In this document: positions 15,132 through 28,460 of the stretch, one piece after another
Layout: the number at the start of each line of letters is the position of its first letter
Numbering within the stretch: the stretch's first letter is position 1
NCBI RefSeq assembly: GCF_009914755.1
Contig: NC_060930.1
Reading direction: 5' to 3' (one strand)
Length of the DNA: 64,000 nucleotides
From: the human T2T-CHM13v2.0 reference genome, Homo sapiens
Notes under the pieces: model-generated
Seen by the model: the letters and a program-made list of their open reading frames with translations, nothing else
The model's database searches: none
What the model was told of the DNA's origin: nothing
Translations under genes and position numbers: made by a program

Positions 15132-15704
15132 TTACAGGTCTGTGAGTGAGCTGAAGAATAACAACTAACACCTTCGAGATAGCTAGCTGCTTCCCACAGT
15201 GACACTGACCAAAGTTATCAAAAAAATAAGGAGCAGGTCTGAGGAAGGCAACAGAGAAATTTTTCGAGCTCTGCTTCCAAAGTGTATTTCTTAAGGGGCT
15301 GGGGTGTGAAGCAGACGGTTGCGGAATGTGATGCACTGAAGCTACCTGGAAGCAACCTGTCCCTGCTCCACGGAGCCCTCAGCCCAGGCAGAGGCCACAA
15401 TACATTTTTTTAAAGCAGTGATGAAAATTTGCTCTTGTGTTTCGCCTTTGAAACTTGGGTGTGTTACTGAGTCTTTTGACAATCTCAAGAGGAATGCTAA
15501 TCCCCCTCTTCATAATCTGGGAAGTAAAACCGACTATAAACCACCCAAAGAAGTAGTTATGGCATGGCCTATTATTTGTCTGCCAGCTTCAATCTTTCAC
15601 AACATAGCCTCTTGCATAAAGACCACATAGGGGATGGCAGAACAGCAAGTTAGAAGGTGCCTATGACTCTGAAAATCTGATAAAGACATTAATAGGGTAG
15701 TGAC

Positions 15705-16215
15705 AGTTGGGAGCAGGCCCCCCAAAATCTGGCCATAAACTGGCCCCAAAACTGGCCATAAACAAAATATCTGCAGCACTGTAACATGTTCATAATGGCC
15801 CTAATGCCCACACTGGAAGGTTGTAGGTTTACGGGAATGAGGGCAAGGAACACCTGGCCCACCCAGGGCGGAAAACCGCTTAAAGTCATTCTTAAGCCAC
15901 AAACAATAGCATGAGCGATCTGTGCCTTAAGGACAGGCTCCTGCTGCAGTTAACTAGCCCAACCTACTCCTTTAATTCAACCCATCCCTTCGTTTCCCAT
16001 AAGGGATACTTTTAGTTAATTTAATATCTATAGAAACAATGCTAATGACTGGTTTGCTGTTAATAAATATGTGGGTAAATCTCTGTTCTGGGCTCTCAGC
16101 TCTGAAGGCTGTGAGACCCCTGATTTCCCACTTCACACCTCTATATTTCTGTGTTTGTCTTTAATTCCTCTATTGCCACTGGGTTAGGGTCTCCTCGACC
16201 GAGCTGGTCTCAGCA
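15705..16215 (+). mobile_element. 5' LTR (MER9-like)
   Basis: Direct repeat of 22091-22600; AATAAA at ~16062; ends ggtctcagca. Confidence 0.93.
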
Positions 16216-16217
16216 AG

Positions 16218-16235
16218 TGGCATCCATCGTGGGGG
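16218..16235 (+). other. Primer binding site, degenerate tRNA-Lys(CUU)-type
   Basis: tggcatccatcgtggggg 2 nt after the LTR; 14/18 match to TGGCGCCCAACGTGGGGC. Confidence 0.7.
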
Positions 16236-16363
16236 CTCAAATCTAGGTCAAAGGGTCACCAGAGCGACAGTTGGAATGGAAAACTAGCTGGAGGATACCC
16301 GAGTACTCTTAAAGCAATCACCGTGGTGAGTAAGAAGGGGAGCTCAGAAGCGTCAGGGTAACA

Positions 16364-17768
16364 ATGGGACAGATGTGGGGTCTGGTTGGTTTCACCTTGG
16401 AACTTTTTCACACTGATGATGAGGAGGAACAAGAGTATAGAGTATAGCGAAGTAACAGAAGAGGTTACAGAGCATGTTTATTTACCAGCTAAAGCTAAAG
16501 TGGCAAAGGAGGGAGAGGTTCATCCCTACCCTTCTGCACCCCCTCCTTATTATTTTGAAGAAAATGACCCTCCAGATCTTTCTTTTCCAGAGGACACTGG
16601 GCAAAAATTAGTTGCCCCAGTGACTGTTCGAGCAGCGCCTTGAGCAACCACTCTTAGTTCTATTCAGGCAGGAATCCAGTAAGCTAGACGAGAGGGTGAT
16701 TTAGAGGCTTGGCAGTTCCCTGTTAGAATACAGCCCCCAGATCAACAGGGAAATATTATAGCTACATTTGAGCCTTTTCCTTTTAAATTACTCAAAGAAT
16801 TTAAACAAGCTATAAATCAGTATGGACCACGTTCTCCTTTTTTAATGGAACTGTTAAAGAATGTTGCTGTTTCCAGTCAGATGATTCCTACTGACTGAGA
16901 CGCTCTTACTTGAGCTTGTCTAACTCTTGCTCAGTTCTTACAATTTAAAACTTGGTGGACAGGTGAAGCTACCATTCAGGCTGCTCACAATGCCCAGGCC
17001 CAACCTCAAATTAATATAACTGCAGACCAACTTTTAGGGGTTGGTGGCTGGGCTGGTTTACATGCACAAGTGGTCATGCAGGATGATGCCATAGAGCAGC
17101 TTAGAGGAGTATGCATTAGAGCTTGGGAAAAAATCACTTCAGGTGGAGAACAATACCTTTCCTTTAGTGCTATAAAACAGGGACCAAGAGAACCATACAT
17201 TAATTTTATAGCTCGGTTTCAGGAGTCTCTTCGAAAGATGATCGCAGATTTGGCTGCTCAGGATATAGTGCTGCAGTTATTAGCTTTCGACAATGCTAAT
17301 CCCAATTGCCAGGCTGCTCTGCGACCTATCAGAGGGAAAGCACATTTAGTTGATTATATCAAGGCCTGTGATGGCATCAGAGGTAATCTGCATAAAGCTA
17401 CTCTGCTAGCACATGCAATGGCAGGACTGAGAGTGGATAAAGGAAATACTCCATTTCCTGGAGCTTGTTTTAACTGTGGGAAGCATGGTCATACTAAAAA
17501 AGAATGTAGAAAAAATCAGCGAGTCAGGCCGTCAGACAGGGGAGAAAAGAAAACTGCTGATCCTGAAATATGTCCAAAATGTAAAAAGTGAAAACATTGG
17601 GCTAATCAGTGTCACTCTAAGTTTGATAAAGAAGGGAACCCAATTTCGGGAAACGCCATGAGGGGCCCATCCTGGGCCCCATTCTAAACTGGGGCATTTC
17701 CAGCTCAGGCCATTCCCTCACCCCTGTACAATGTCTGTCCCTCTCCACAGCCAGTAGTGCCACAGTAG
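16364..17768 (+). pseudogene. gag: Retroviral gag remnant (MA deleted, multiple stops and frameshifts)
   Basis: MGQ start, PSAPPPY late motif, MHR-like IKQGPREPYINFIARFQESL, zinc knuckles CFNCGKHGHTKKEC and CPKCKK*KHWANQC. Confidence 0.9.
17648..17695 (+). promoter_or_regulatory. gag-pro -1 ribosomal frameshift signal
   Basis: G GGA AAC heptamer in gag frame, 7-nt spacer, stem ggggccc/gggcccc (17662-17680); pro is in the -1 frame. Confidence 0.8.
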
Positions 17769-18574
17769 ATTTATGCTGCACAAAAGCTGTGAGCCTTCTA
17801 CCTGGGGAACCCCTGCAAAAGGTCCCAACAGGAGTCTGTGGACCCTTGCCAGCAGGGACAATAGGATTACTTTTAGGAAGGTCTAGTTTAGGTTTAAAAG
17901 GGATACAAATACATACAGGAGTCATTGATTCAAATTACAATGGGGAAATTCAAATTGTTATATCTACTTCTGTTTCCTGGAAAGCAGAGCCGGGAGAGCG
18001 CATAGCACAGCTCCTGATCGTGCCATATGTGGGAATGGGAAAAAGTGAAATTAAACGAACAGGAGGATTTGGAAGCACAAATAAACAAGGCAAAGCAGCT
18101 TATTGGGTAAATCAAATTACTGATAAACATCCTACCTGTGAAACAACCATTCAGGGAAAGAAATTTAAAGGTTTGGTAGATACAGGAGTGGACATTTCGA
18201 TCATTTCTCTGCAGCACTGGCTGTCCACGTGGCGAATTCAACCCACTCAATTTAACATAGGTAGAGTTGGTAAAGCCCCTGAAGTATATCCAAGTGGTTA
18301 TATTTTGCATTGTGAAGGGCCCGATGGACAACCTGGGACTATTCAACCAATTATAACTTCTGTACCTATAAATTTATGGGGAAGAGATTTATTACAACAA
18401 TGGGGAACACAAGTTATAATTCCAGAACAATTATATAGCCCTTGAAGTCAACATACAATGGATGAAATGGGGTATGTCCCTTGTATGGGACTAGAAAAAA
18501 ATTTGCAAGGTTTGAAAGAACCACTTCAAGCGGAAAATCAAAGTTCCTGCCAAAGATTAGGAAATAAGTTTTGA
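17654..18574 (+). pseudogene. pro: Retroviral pro: dUTPase + aspartic protease + G-patch (premature TGA at 18443-18445)
   Basis: GRSS, GVIDSNYNGEI, RIAQL, RTGGFGST; LVDTGVD, GRDLL; in-frame MGYVPCMGLEKNLQG after the stop. Confidence 0.9.
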
Positions 18575-21183
18575 TGGTTGCCATTGTTAAGCCTCCAGAA
18601 TCTATACCTTTAAAATGGTTAACAGATAAGCCAATTTGGATAGAACAATGGCTGCTAAGTAAAGAGAAACTGGAGGCTTTAGAGAAATTAGTTACTGAAC
18701 AATTAGAAAATGGGCACACAGCTCCAACATTTTCCCCTTGGAATTCTCTAGTTTTTGTAATTAAGAAAAAATCAGGTAAATGGAGAATGTTAACTGACTT
18801 AAGAGCTATCAATTCAGTTATACAACCTATGGGAGCATTACAGCCAGGATTGCCTTCTTCTGCTATAATTCCAAAAAATTGGCCTTTAATAGTCATAGAT
18901 TTAAAAGACTGTTTCTTTACTATCCCCTTAGCTGAGCAAGACTGTGAATGGTTTGCATTTACAATTCCTGCAGTAAACAACCTGCAGCCTGCTAAGCGTT
19001 TTTATTGGAAAGTGTTGTCACAGGGCATGTTAAACAGTCCCACAATTTGCCAGGCCTATGTGGGGCAAGCAATTGAACCTACTCATAAAAAATTTTCACA
19101 GTGTTAAATTATTCACTATATGGATGATATATACTTTGTGCTGCCCCCACTCAGGAAATATTACTCCAATGTTATGATCACTTGCAAAATTCGATTTCTC
19201 ATGCTGGTTTAATTATAGCTCCTGGCAAAATTCAGACTACTACTCCTTACTCCTACTTGGGGACCTTAGTAAATGACACTACCATTGTGCCACAGAAAGT
19301 AACCATACGTAGGGATCAACTGAAAACATTAAATGACTTTCAAAAATTACTAGGGGATATTAATTGGATACGACCTGCTCTAGGCATTCCTACCTATGCC
19401 ATGAGTAATCTGTTTTCTATCCTTAGAGGAAATCCTAGTCTCACTAGCCCTCGGCAATTAACAAAGGAGGCTGAGGCAGAGTTACAACTGATTGAGAAGC
19501 AAGTCCATAAAGCTCAAATAAATAGAATAGATTCAGAGAAGACTCTAGACTTGCTATTTTTTTCAACTCAGTATTCACCTACTAGTGTTTTCGTCCAAGA
19601 ACAGGACTTAGTAAAGTGACTTTTTCTTCCACATACTAATTCATGGACTCTAACTCCTTATTTAGATCAAATCGCTACTATGATAGGGATTGGGAGAAAT
19701 TGTATTGTTAAATTACATGGATATAATCCTGGAAAAATTATTATCCCTCTCATGAAGGCACAAATACAGCAAGCTTTTATAATTAGTCTTACTTGGCAAA
19801 CCCATTTAGCTGACTTTGTGGGTATTGTTGATAATCACTTTCCTAAAAAGAAGCTGTTTCAGTTTTTGAAATTAACTAATTGGATTCTCCCTAAAATAAC
19901 TAAATTTAAACCAATTGAAGGTGCTGAAAATGTTTTTACAGATGGGTCTACTAATAGCAAAACTTCTTATTCTGGATCAAAAAGTAAAGTGTTCCAGATG
20001 CCCTATATTTCAGCTCAAAAAGCAGAGCTTGTAGCAGTAATTGAGGTATTGACTGCTTTTGATATGCCTATTAATGTGATTTCTGATTCTTCATACGTAG
20101 TTCACTCCACACAATTAATTGAAAATGCTCAGTTATGATTTCATACAGATGAACAACTGATGACTTTATTTACCCAATTGCAAACAGCAGTTAGGAGTAG
20201 AATGCACCTTTTTTATATCACTCACATTAGGGCTCATACACCTCTTCCAGGACCTTTGACTGAAGGGAATCAAATGGCTGATCACCTAGTTGCTAATGCA
20301 ATATCTAATGCTAGACACTTTCACAATTTAACCCATGTTAATGCCTCTGGTCTCAAACACAGATACAGCATTACCTGGAAAGAAGCTAAAAATATTATCC
20401 AGCGATGCCCAACTTGCCAAATGGTACATTCCTCATCTTTTAGAGGAGGAGTTAATCCTCGAGGACTGGAACCTAATTCACTTTGGCAAATGGATGTCAC
20501 ACATATTCCCTTGTTTGGGAGACTAGCTTATGTACATGTATGTGTGGACACCTTTTCTCACTTTGTCTGAGCTACATGCCAGCCAGGAGAGTCTTCTGCC
20601 TGTGTTAAATGTCATCTTTTGCAGTGTTTTGCGGTGATGGGCATTCCAGCTTCTACTAAAACAGATAATACCCCAGGCCATACTAGCCAAGCTCTAGCTA
20701 CATTTTTCTCTATGTGGAATATTAAACACATTACTGGTATCCCATACAATTCTCAAGGACAAGCCATAGTGGAAAGAATGAATCTCTCCCTAAAACAGAA
20801 GTTGCAAAAGCAGAAAGGGGAAGACAGACAATATGGAACCCCCACAGATGCAACTGAACCTAGCATTATTAATTTTAAATTTTTTGAGCCTGCCCAAAGG
20901 CCAGATGTCATCAGCAACTGAACAGCATCTACAGAAACCAGCTGCAAAGACAGAAGCAGAACAACTGATTTGGTGGAGAGATCTGATAACAAAAAGTTGG
21001 GAAATAGGTAAAATAATAACTTGGGGTACAGGCCAAAATCAACAGCAAATTTGGATACCATCAAGACACTCAAAACCTTATCATGAGCCAGATGCTGAGG
21101 AAGAGATTTCGGGAGGATCCCAAGGACCCCCCAGTTGCAGCCATGTCAAGGCTGACGCTGAGGAGGACCCCAACTGTCAATGA
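18571..21183 (+). pseudogene. pol: Retroviral pol remnant (RT, RNase H, integrase)
   Basis: [29 protein letters not shown] at 19117-19128, FTDGS, HHCC zinc finger, WQMDVTH, KTDN; several stops and frameshifts. Confidence 0.92.
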
Positions 21184-22090
21184 GTAACTCCCGTTGAACA
21201 CAGTCACCCACCTGGGGACAGATCAAGAAGCTGTCACAGATGGCGGAAGAAAACTTGAGGAAAGCGGGACAACCAGTCACAATGAATAATTTAATGGTAG
21301 CTATGATAGTGGTTATCACCACTGTCATGAGTATTCCTTCAATAAGGGGTGACACAGAGAACAATTATACTTACTGGGTCTATTTATCAATCTTGGCTGG
21401 CAATAATGCCTGGATGCAATCACTTTATGACACAGTTACACATGCTTTCTGATCTCAGTATTTACCATAATCAATCTGCTCCTATAATTGAGGCATACTG
21501 CCCTCAAAAACCTATTTGTAAACAGGATTGGACCCAGTTAGAAAAAATGAACATACTTGTTTAGGAAGATTGCATTGCAGAACAGGCAGAGGTGTTGCAC
21601 AACGATTCCTATGGAATCATTAGTAGTTGGTCCCCTAAGGGGATGTTTAGCTCAAATTGCACCTCTCAGTCTGTGTGCCATGGCCACACTATGTTCAGCT
21701 GGTCTGAACAAAACGGTCAGATGGTAGATATAATAATAAGTATAGCAAGAGTTCCTATTATCTGGAACCATGGCAGTATAGTGGCACCTCAACCTCAAAA
21801 GATATGGCCCACTCTAGGAGCTTAGCGTAAGGATTTAAAATTAAAAGAACAAATATTTAAAGCATCCCAGGCACACCTGACCTTAATGCCAGGAACTGGT
21901 GTGCTTCAAGGAGCTGAAAATTGATAAAAACACTTGGAAGCTCTGTGATTTCAATGATGATTGTGCTTTTAATCTGTGTTGTTTGTCTTTGTATAGTCTG
22001 CAGATGTGGATCCTGACTCCTGCAAGAAGTAGCTCACTGTGACAAAGCTGCCTTTGAGTTTATTGATTTGCACATCAGAGAAGGGGGACA
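21080..22090 (+). pseudogene. env: Retroviral env remnant with large internal deletion
   Basis: TWGQIKKLSQMAEENL leader, NYTYWVY SU start, then KLKEQIFKASQAHLTL and hydrophobic TM MIVLLICVVCLCIVCRC; only ~1 kb; start approximate. Confidence 0.85.
22074..22090 (+). other. Polypurine tract
   Basis: agagaagggggaca directly before the 3' LTR TG. Confidence 0.8.
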
Positions 22091-22600
22091 TGTTAGTAGC
22101 AGGCCCCTCAAAATCTGGCCATAAACTGGCCCCAAAACTGGCCATAAACAAAATATCTGCAGCACTGTAACATGTTCATAATGGCCCTAACACCCACCCT
22201 GGAAGGTTGTGGGTTTGTGGGAATGACGGCAAGGAACACCTGGCCCACCCAGGGCGGACCACTTAAAGGTATTCTTAAGCCTCAAACAACAGCATGAGCG
22301 ATCTGTGCCTTAAGGACATGCTCCTGCTGCAGTTAACTAGTCCAACCTATTATTTTAATTTGGCCCATCCCTTTGTTTCCCATAAGGGATACTTTTAGTT
22401 AATTTAATATCTATAGAAACAATGCTAATGACTGGTTTGCTGTTAATAAATATGTGGGTAAATCTCTGTTCTGGGCTTTCAGCTCTGAAGGCTGTGAGAC
22501 CCCTGATTTCCCACTTCACACCTCTGTATTTCTGTGTGTGTGTCTTTAATTCTTCTAGCGCCACTGGGTTAGGGTCTCCCTGACTGAGCTGGTCTCAGCA
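22091..22600 (+). mobile_element. 3' LTR (MER9-like)
   Basis: TG...CA termini; ~93% identical to the 5' LTR by manual alignment. Confidence 0.93.
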
Positions 22601-23073
22601 GTGACAAACAATCTTAACCAAAAAGGGTTGAAAGATCCCTCTACCCAAAAGTTTCTGTCTCCCAGTCTACCACAGACAACTGACATGGCACCCTAAGTAT
22701 CCCACTTAAGGATGAAATATTGTCTCCTGAGAGCACAGGCCTTCCCTTTCTTTATACCAAATACCTATTCATCCTTCCTCGTTCAGCTTCAGTGATGGGC
22801 CTTTTCCAGGAAACTTGCTCTGTCCCCGATACTGTTTGTCCTCCTTCCTCCATCTCTGTTTCCAGCAGGGAGCTGACCATGAGGCTCTGTAAGCATTCAT
22901 TTTCTCCAGCCACTGTCAGCCCCTGGAGGGCAGGAGGCTTATCTTTTTGGTTTTGCATCCCCAGCACGCAGCATAATACCTTGTACTCAAAAGACGAATG
23001 AATGTGTATGAGACAGTGGAAAGGCCACTAAACTTGGAGTTAAGTGCCCATGCTAAACAGGCTCCTTGCCTGG

Positions 23074-23441
23074 TGCTATGGTTTGAGTGATCTCCTCCAA
23101 AATTCATGTGTTGAAACGTAATGGTTCTTGTGATAGTATTGAGAGGTGTGGCATTTAAGACGTGATTATTTTTTGTGAATGGGATTAAAGCCCTGAGGCT
23201 CCATGTAGCACTCAGTCCTTTTTTGTTCTTCTCTCTTCCACTATGTGAGGGGACAGCATTCATCCCCTCTGTAGGATACTGCCCCAAGGTGCCTTCTTGG
23301 AAGCAGAGGAACTGAGACCTCATCAGCTGCCACCTTGATCTTTGAATTCCTAGCCTCAAGAACAGTGAGAAATAAATTCTGATTTTTTATAAGTTACCCA
23401 GTCTGTGGCATTTTGTCATAACAGCTCAAATGGATTAAGAT
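23074..23441 (+). mobile_element. MST-type MaLR solo LTR
   Basis: tgctatggtttga...aaataaattc...ataagttacccagtctgtggc...ggattaagata. Confidence 0.75.
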
Positions 23442-23658
23442 AGCTGGTGATCATGGAACTCTTGAATCTTGGCTTCCTTATCTGACAAGTAAGAAAAATA
23501 GTCTCCCCTGTCCTTCCTGCCCTTCCCAGGTTTTCCATGGGATGCAAGTGAGATAAGGGATTTGAAAAATCATTTAGCCAGAACAGAGCTCTGAAGGAAG
23601 GAAATCTGAGGACACACTGGTCCAGCTCACTCGTTTTACAGATGACAAAACCGAGAGA

Positions 23659-23968
<310 letters not shown>

Positions 23969-24010
23969 CCTCAGGTGCTTTGTTTTTTAAATCAAAATTT
24001 ATTATCCCTT

Positions 24011-24925
24011 TGTAAACCAAAAAAAAAAAAAAATTCCAAGACCCCCCAGCCACTTGAATGGACTTCCTACTCAGCCAGGGCTCTTTTAAAATTTACCCTG
24101 AGAGATTGTTTCAGGCCATGATGGGAAGTAGTGGTTGGACATGGCTCATTATACCTCTCCAGCATTAACATCAACACAGACTTTAAGTCACATAAGAAAC
24201 ATTTTACAACCTATTCTCTCTGAAGCCGACTACCTGCAGGCTTCCTCTGCCAATAAGAAATTTGGCCTCCACAACCTGTTATCTTAATCCAAACATTATT
24301 TTCTATTGATCCCAGGTCTTTAGATAAACTCAACCAACTGCCAACCAGAAAATTTTAAAATCTACTTATAAGCTGGAAACCCCTGCTTCAAGTTGTCCTA
24401 CCTTTCAGGACCAAACCAATGTATTTCTTTTTTTTTTTTTTTTTTTTTTTTGAGACAGAGTCTCACGTTGTTGCCCAGGCTGGAGTGTGCAGTGGCGCAA
24501 TCTCGGCTCACTGCAACCTCCACCTCCTGGGTTCAAGCGATTGTTGTGCTTCAGCCTGAGGAGCCAGGATTACAGGCACACACCACCACACCCAGCTAAT
24601 TTTTGTATTTTTAGTAGAGAGGGTTTCACCATTTGGCCAGGCTGGCCTCGAACTCCTGACCTCAGGTAATCCACCCACCTCAGCCTCCCAAAGTTCTGGG
24701 ATTACAGGCATGAACCACAGCACCTGGCCTCCAATGTATTTCTTAAATGAATTTGATTGAAGTCTCATGTCTCCTTAAAATATATAAAACCAAGCTGCAG
24801 CCTAATCATCTCAGGCACATGTTCTCAGGACCTCCTGAGGGCTCCTTCATAGGCTATGGTCACTCAAAGTTGGCTCAAAATAAATCTCTTAAAATATTTT
24901 ACAGAATTTGACTCTTCATCAACCA
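24011..24925 (+). mobile_element. MER4-family ERV1 solo LTR with Alu insertion
   Basis: tgtaaaccaaaaa...aaattccaag start; aataaatctcttaaaatattttacagaatttgactc end. Confidence 0.7.
24427..24729 (-). mobile_element. Alu (S-type)
   Basis: Full reverse dimer; TSD ccaatgtatttctt. Confidence 0.95.
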
Positions 24926-25031
24926 CTTGTCCCATTTCTGTAGGAGCCTGCTGTTAGAATCTGACCTGCAAGTAGGAATCTGATAAATTCATTTTTTCAG
25001 GAGTTAATAATAGTTGTTGACAGTGTAAGAG

Positions 25032-25789
25032 TGATATGGACAGGAGACAGAGAAATACTGGGTAGAAGAGGGTGGTTCCCCAGCAAAGGCCCCATCCTCA
25101 AGCCTGGATACTCATGGCCCTAAATGGGAACAGGCATTCCTGTTTTCATGCCCCAAAAGTTGTCTTTTGACCCCCCTATCCTGTACCCATATAAACCACA
25201 GACCTCAGGTTCCAGAAGCAGATGAGCAGACAAGGAGATGAGAAGATGAACAGAAGAGCAGAAGAACAGCAGAATGATGTGGCAGAGAAGAGAAAGAGCA
25301 TCTAAACTCCAAGGGAAGATCATCTTCCCACACCATCTCCCTTCTAGCTCCCCATCCATCCCACTGAGATCCACCTCTACCACCCGATAAAACCCCCACA
25401 TTCACTACCCTTCAAGTCCATGTGTGACCTGATTCTTCTGGGATGTTAGACAGGAGCTTGGGATACAGTAAGCTGTCACACTGGCCCTCTGCCCTTGCAA
25501 AAAGGCAGAGGATCCACTGAGCTGGTTAACACTTACACCATCTGTGGACATCAAAGCTAAAAGAGTGCACTGTAACACATGCCATGCCCACTTGGGTTTT
25601 GGGAGTCACAGGCACCCACTCCAGATGCTGCTATGGGGCTGGAGCCTCAAAGCACTCGCCCCAGCTCCTGTGCCTGCCCTGCTGTGTGCTCCCACTCCTG
25701 TTAGGGGTTTGAGTGTGTGGTGACCAAACACATGAGCCATACCCCTGTTGCATGTCCTTTAAGGGTGGTCAGGGAACTCTCCCATTTCA
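25032..25789 (+). mobile_element. LTR1-like ERV1 solo LTR
   Basis: tgatatggacaggagacagagaaatactgggtagaagaggg...cccatttca; perfect 4-bp TSD agag. Confidence 0.8.
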
Positions 25790-25822
25790 AGAGCACTTCT
25801 CCTAGAAATATTTGCAATTTAC

Positions 25823-26051
25823 TTAAGAGATACTACACAGTAGTGGGATTTCTTCTAAGTTTTCTTTCATATTTCTTTGAGCAGATTAATAGATGAGTAC
25901 TTTTGGATGGGACAGTTTCCAAGTCTTTCTCAATTTGCATGATATACATGGTTGCCTCTCTATATACCATATCTTGCATTGAATATTGGAGAAAAATTGC
26001 ATTAATGTGTGAGGAAATATCATTGACCTCCCACAAGTGGCCCCCATGCCC
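25823..26051 (-). other. Candidate exon of a decayed gene or lncRNA
   Basis: Unique-looking island bounded by tttag| and |gtaaat on the minus strand; 72 open codons then TAG. Confidence 0.35.
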
Positions 26052-26355
26052 CTAAATCTAAAGGATTCCCCTTTAGATATTGAAAACTAGAATACTCAGA
26101 CATTCTGAAGTCATGAAAGCAGTAAACATCTTCAAAGAGATGAGAAAGTAATCACAGCATATTGGAAAAAACCTTCAAACAGAAGTAAGGAAACCTGAGG
26201 TCCATCTCTGACCATGGCAAATTATGTGAACTTGGGTAACTCAGTCTTTCTGAGCATCCCCCCAACTCTCAGTATTACTCAGTATTAATACTTCTGTGTT
26301 TGTGTGTGTGTGTGTGTGTGTTTGTATACATAGGTCAAAATTCAAAAGGTACTGT

Positions 26356-26984
26356 TGTCAGAGGCATTCAAACCAGAGCAACTCCATCTCAAATAAAGGC
26401 TGGTTAAAATAAGGCTGAGACCTACTGGGCTGCATTCCCAGGAGGTTAGTCATTCTTAGTCACAGGATGAGATAGAAGGTCTGCACAAGGTACAGGTCAT
26501 AAAGACCTTGCTGAAAAAATAATGTGGTAAAGCCAACTACATCCCACCAAAACCAAGATGGTGATGAAAGTGACCTCTAGTTGTCCTCACTGCTCATTAT
26601 ACACTAATTATAATGTATTAGCAAGCTAAAAGACACTCCCACTAGTGCCATAACAGTTTATAAATGCCATAGCAACATGAGGAAGTTGCCCTATATGGTC
26701 CAAAATGGGGAAGAACCCTCAGTTCCAGGAATTGCCACTCCTTTCCCCGGAAAACTCATGAATAATTCATTCCTTGTTTATCATATAATCAAGAAATAAC
26801 CATAAAAATGGGCAACCAGCAGCCCCAAGGGTTGTTCTGCCTATGGAGTAGCCATTCTTTTATTCCTTTACTTTCTTAATAAACTTACTTTTACTTCACT
26901 GTATGGATTCACCTTGAATTCTTTCTTTCATGAGATTCAAGAACCCTCCCTTTGGGTGTAGATCAGGACCCCTTTTCCTTAACA
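26356..26984 (+). mobile_element. MER41B-like ERV1 solo LTR
   Basis: TG...CA termini, 4-bp TSD ctgt, tandem TTC..GAA motifs at 26723-26752. Confidence 0.85.
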
Positions 26985-26985
26985 C

Positions 26986-28460
<1,475 letters not shown>

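Larger units (their letters stand above)
15705..22600 (+). mobile_element. HERV-K(HML-3)/HERVK9-type defective provirus
   Basis: Two ~510-bp LTRs, PBS, gag-pro(dUTPase)-pol-env order, PPT and flanking TSD gtgac(a) at 15700-15704 and 22601-22605. Confidence 0.93.

Noticed and set aside
17930-21073. Long antisense ORFs over pro/pol (138, 188, 106 aa)
   Set aside because: Shadow frames of retroviral coding sequence; no independent motif support
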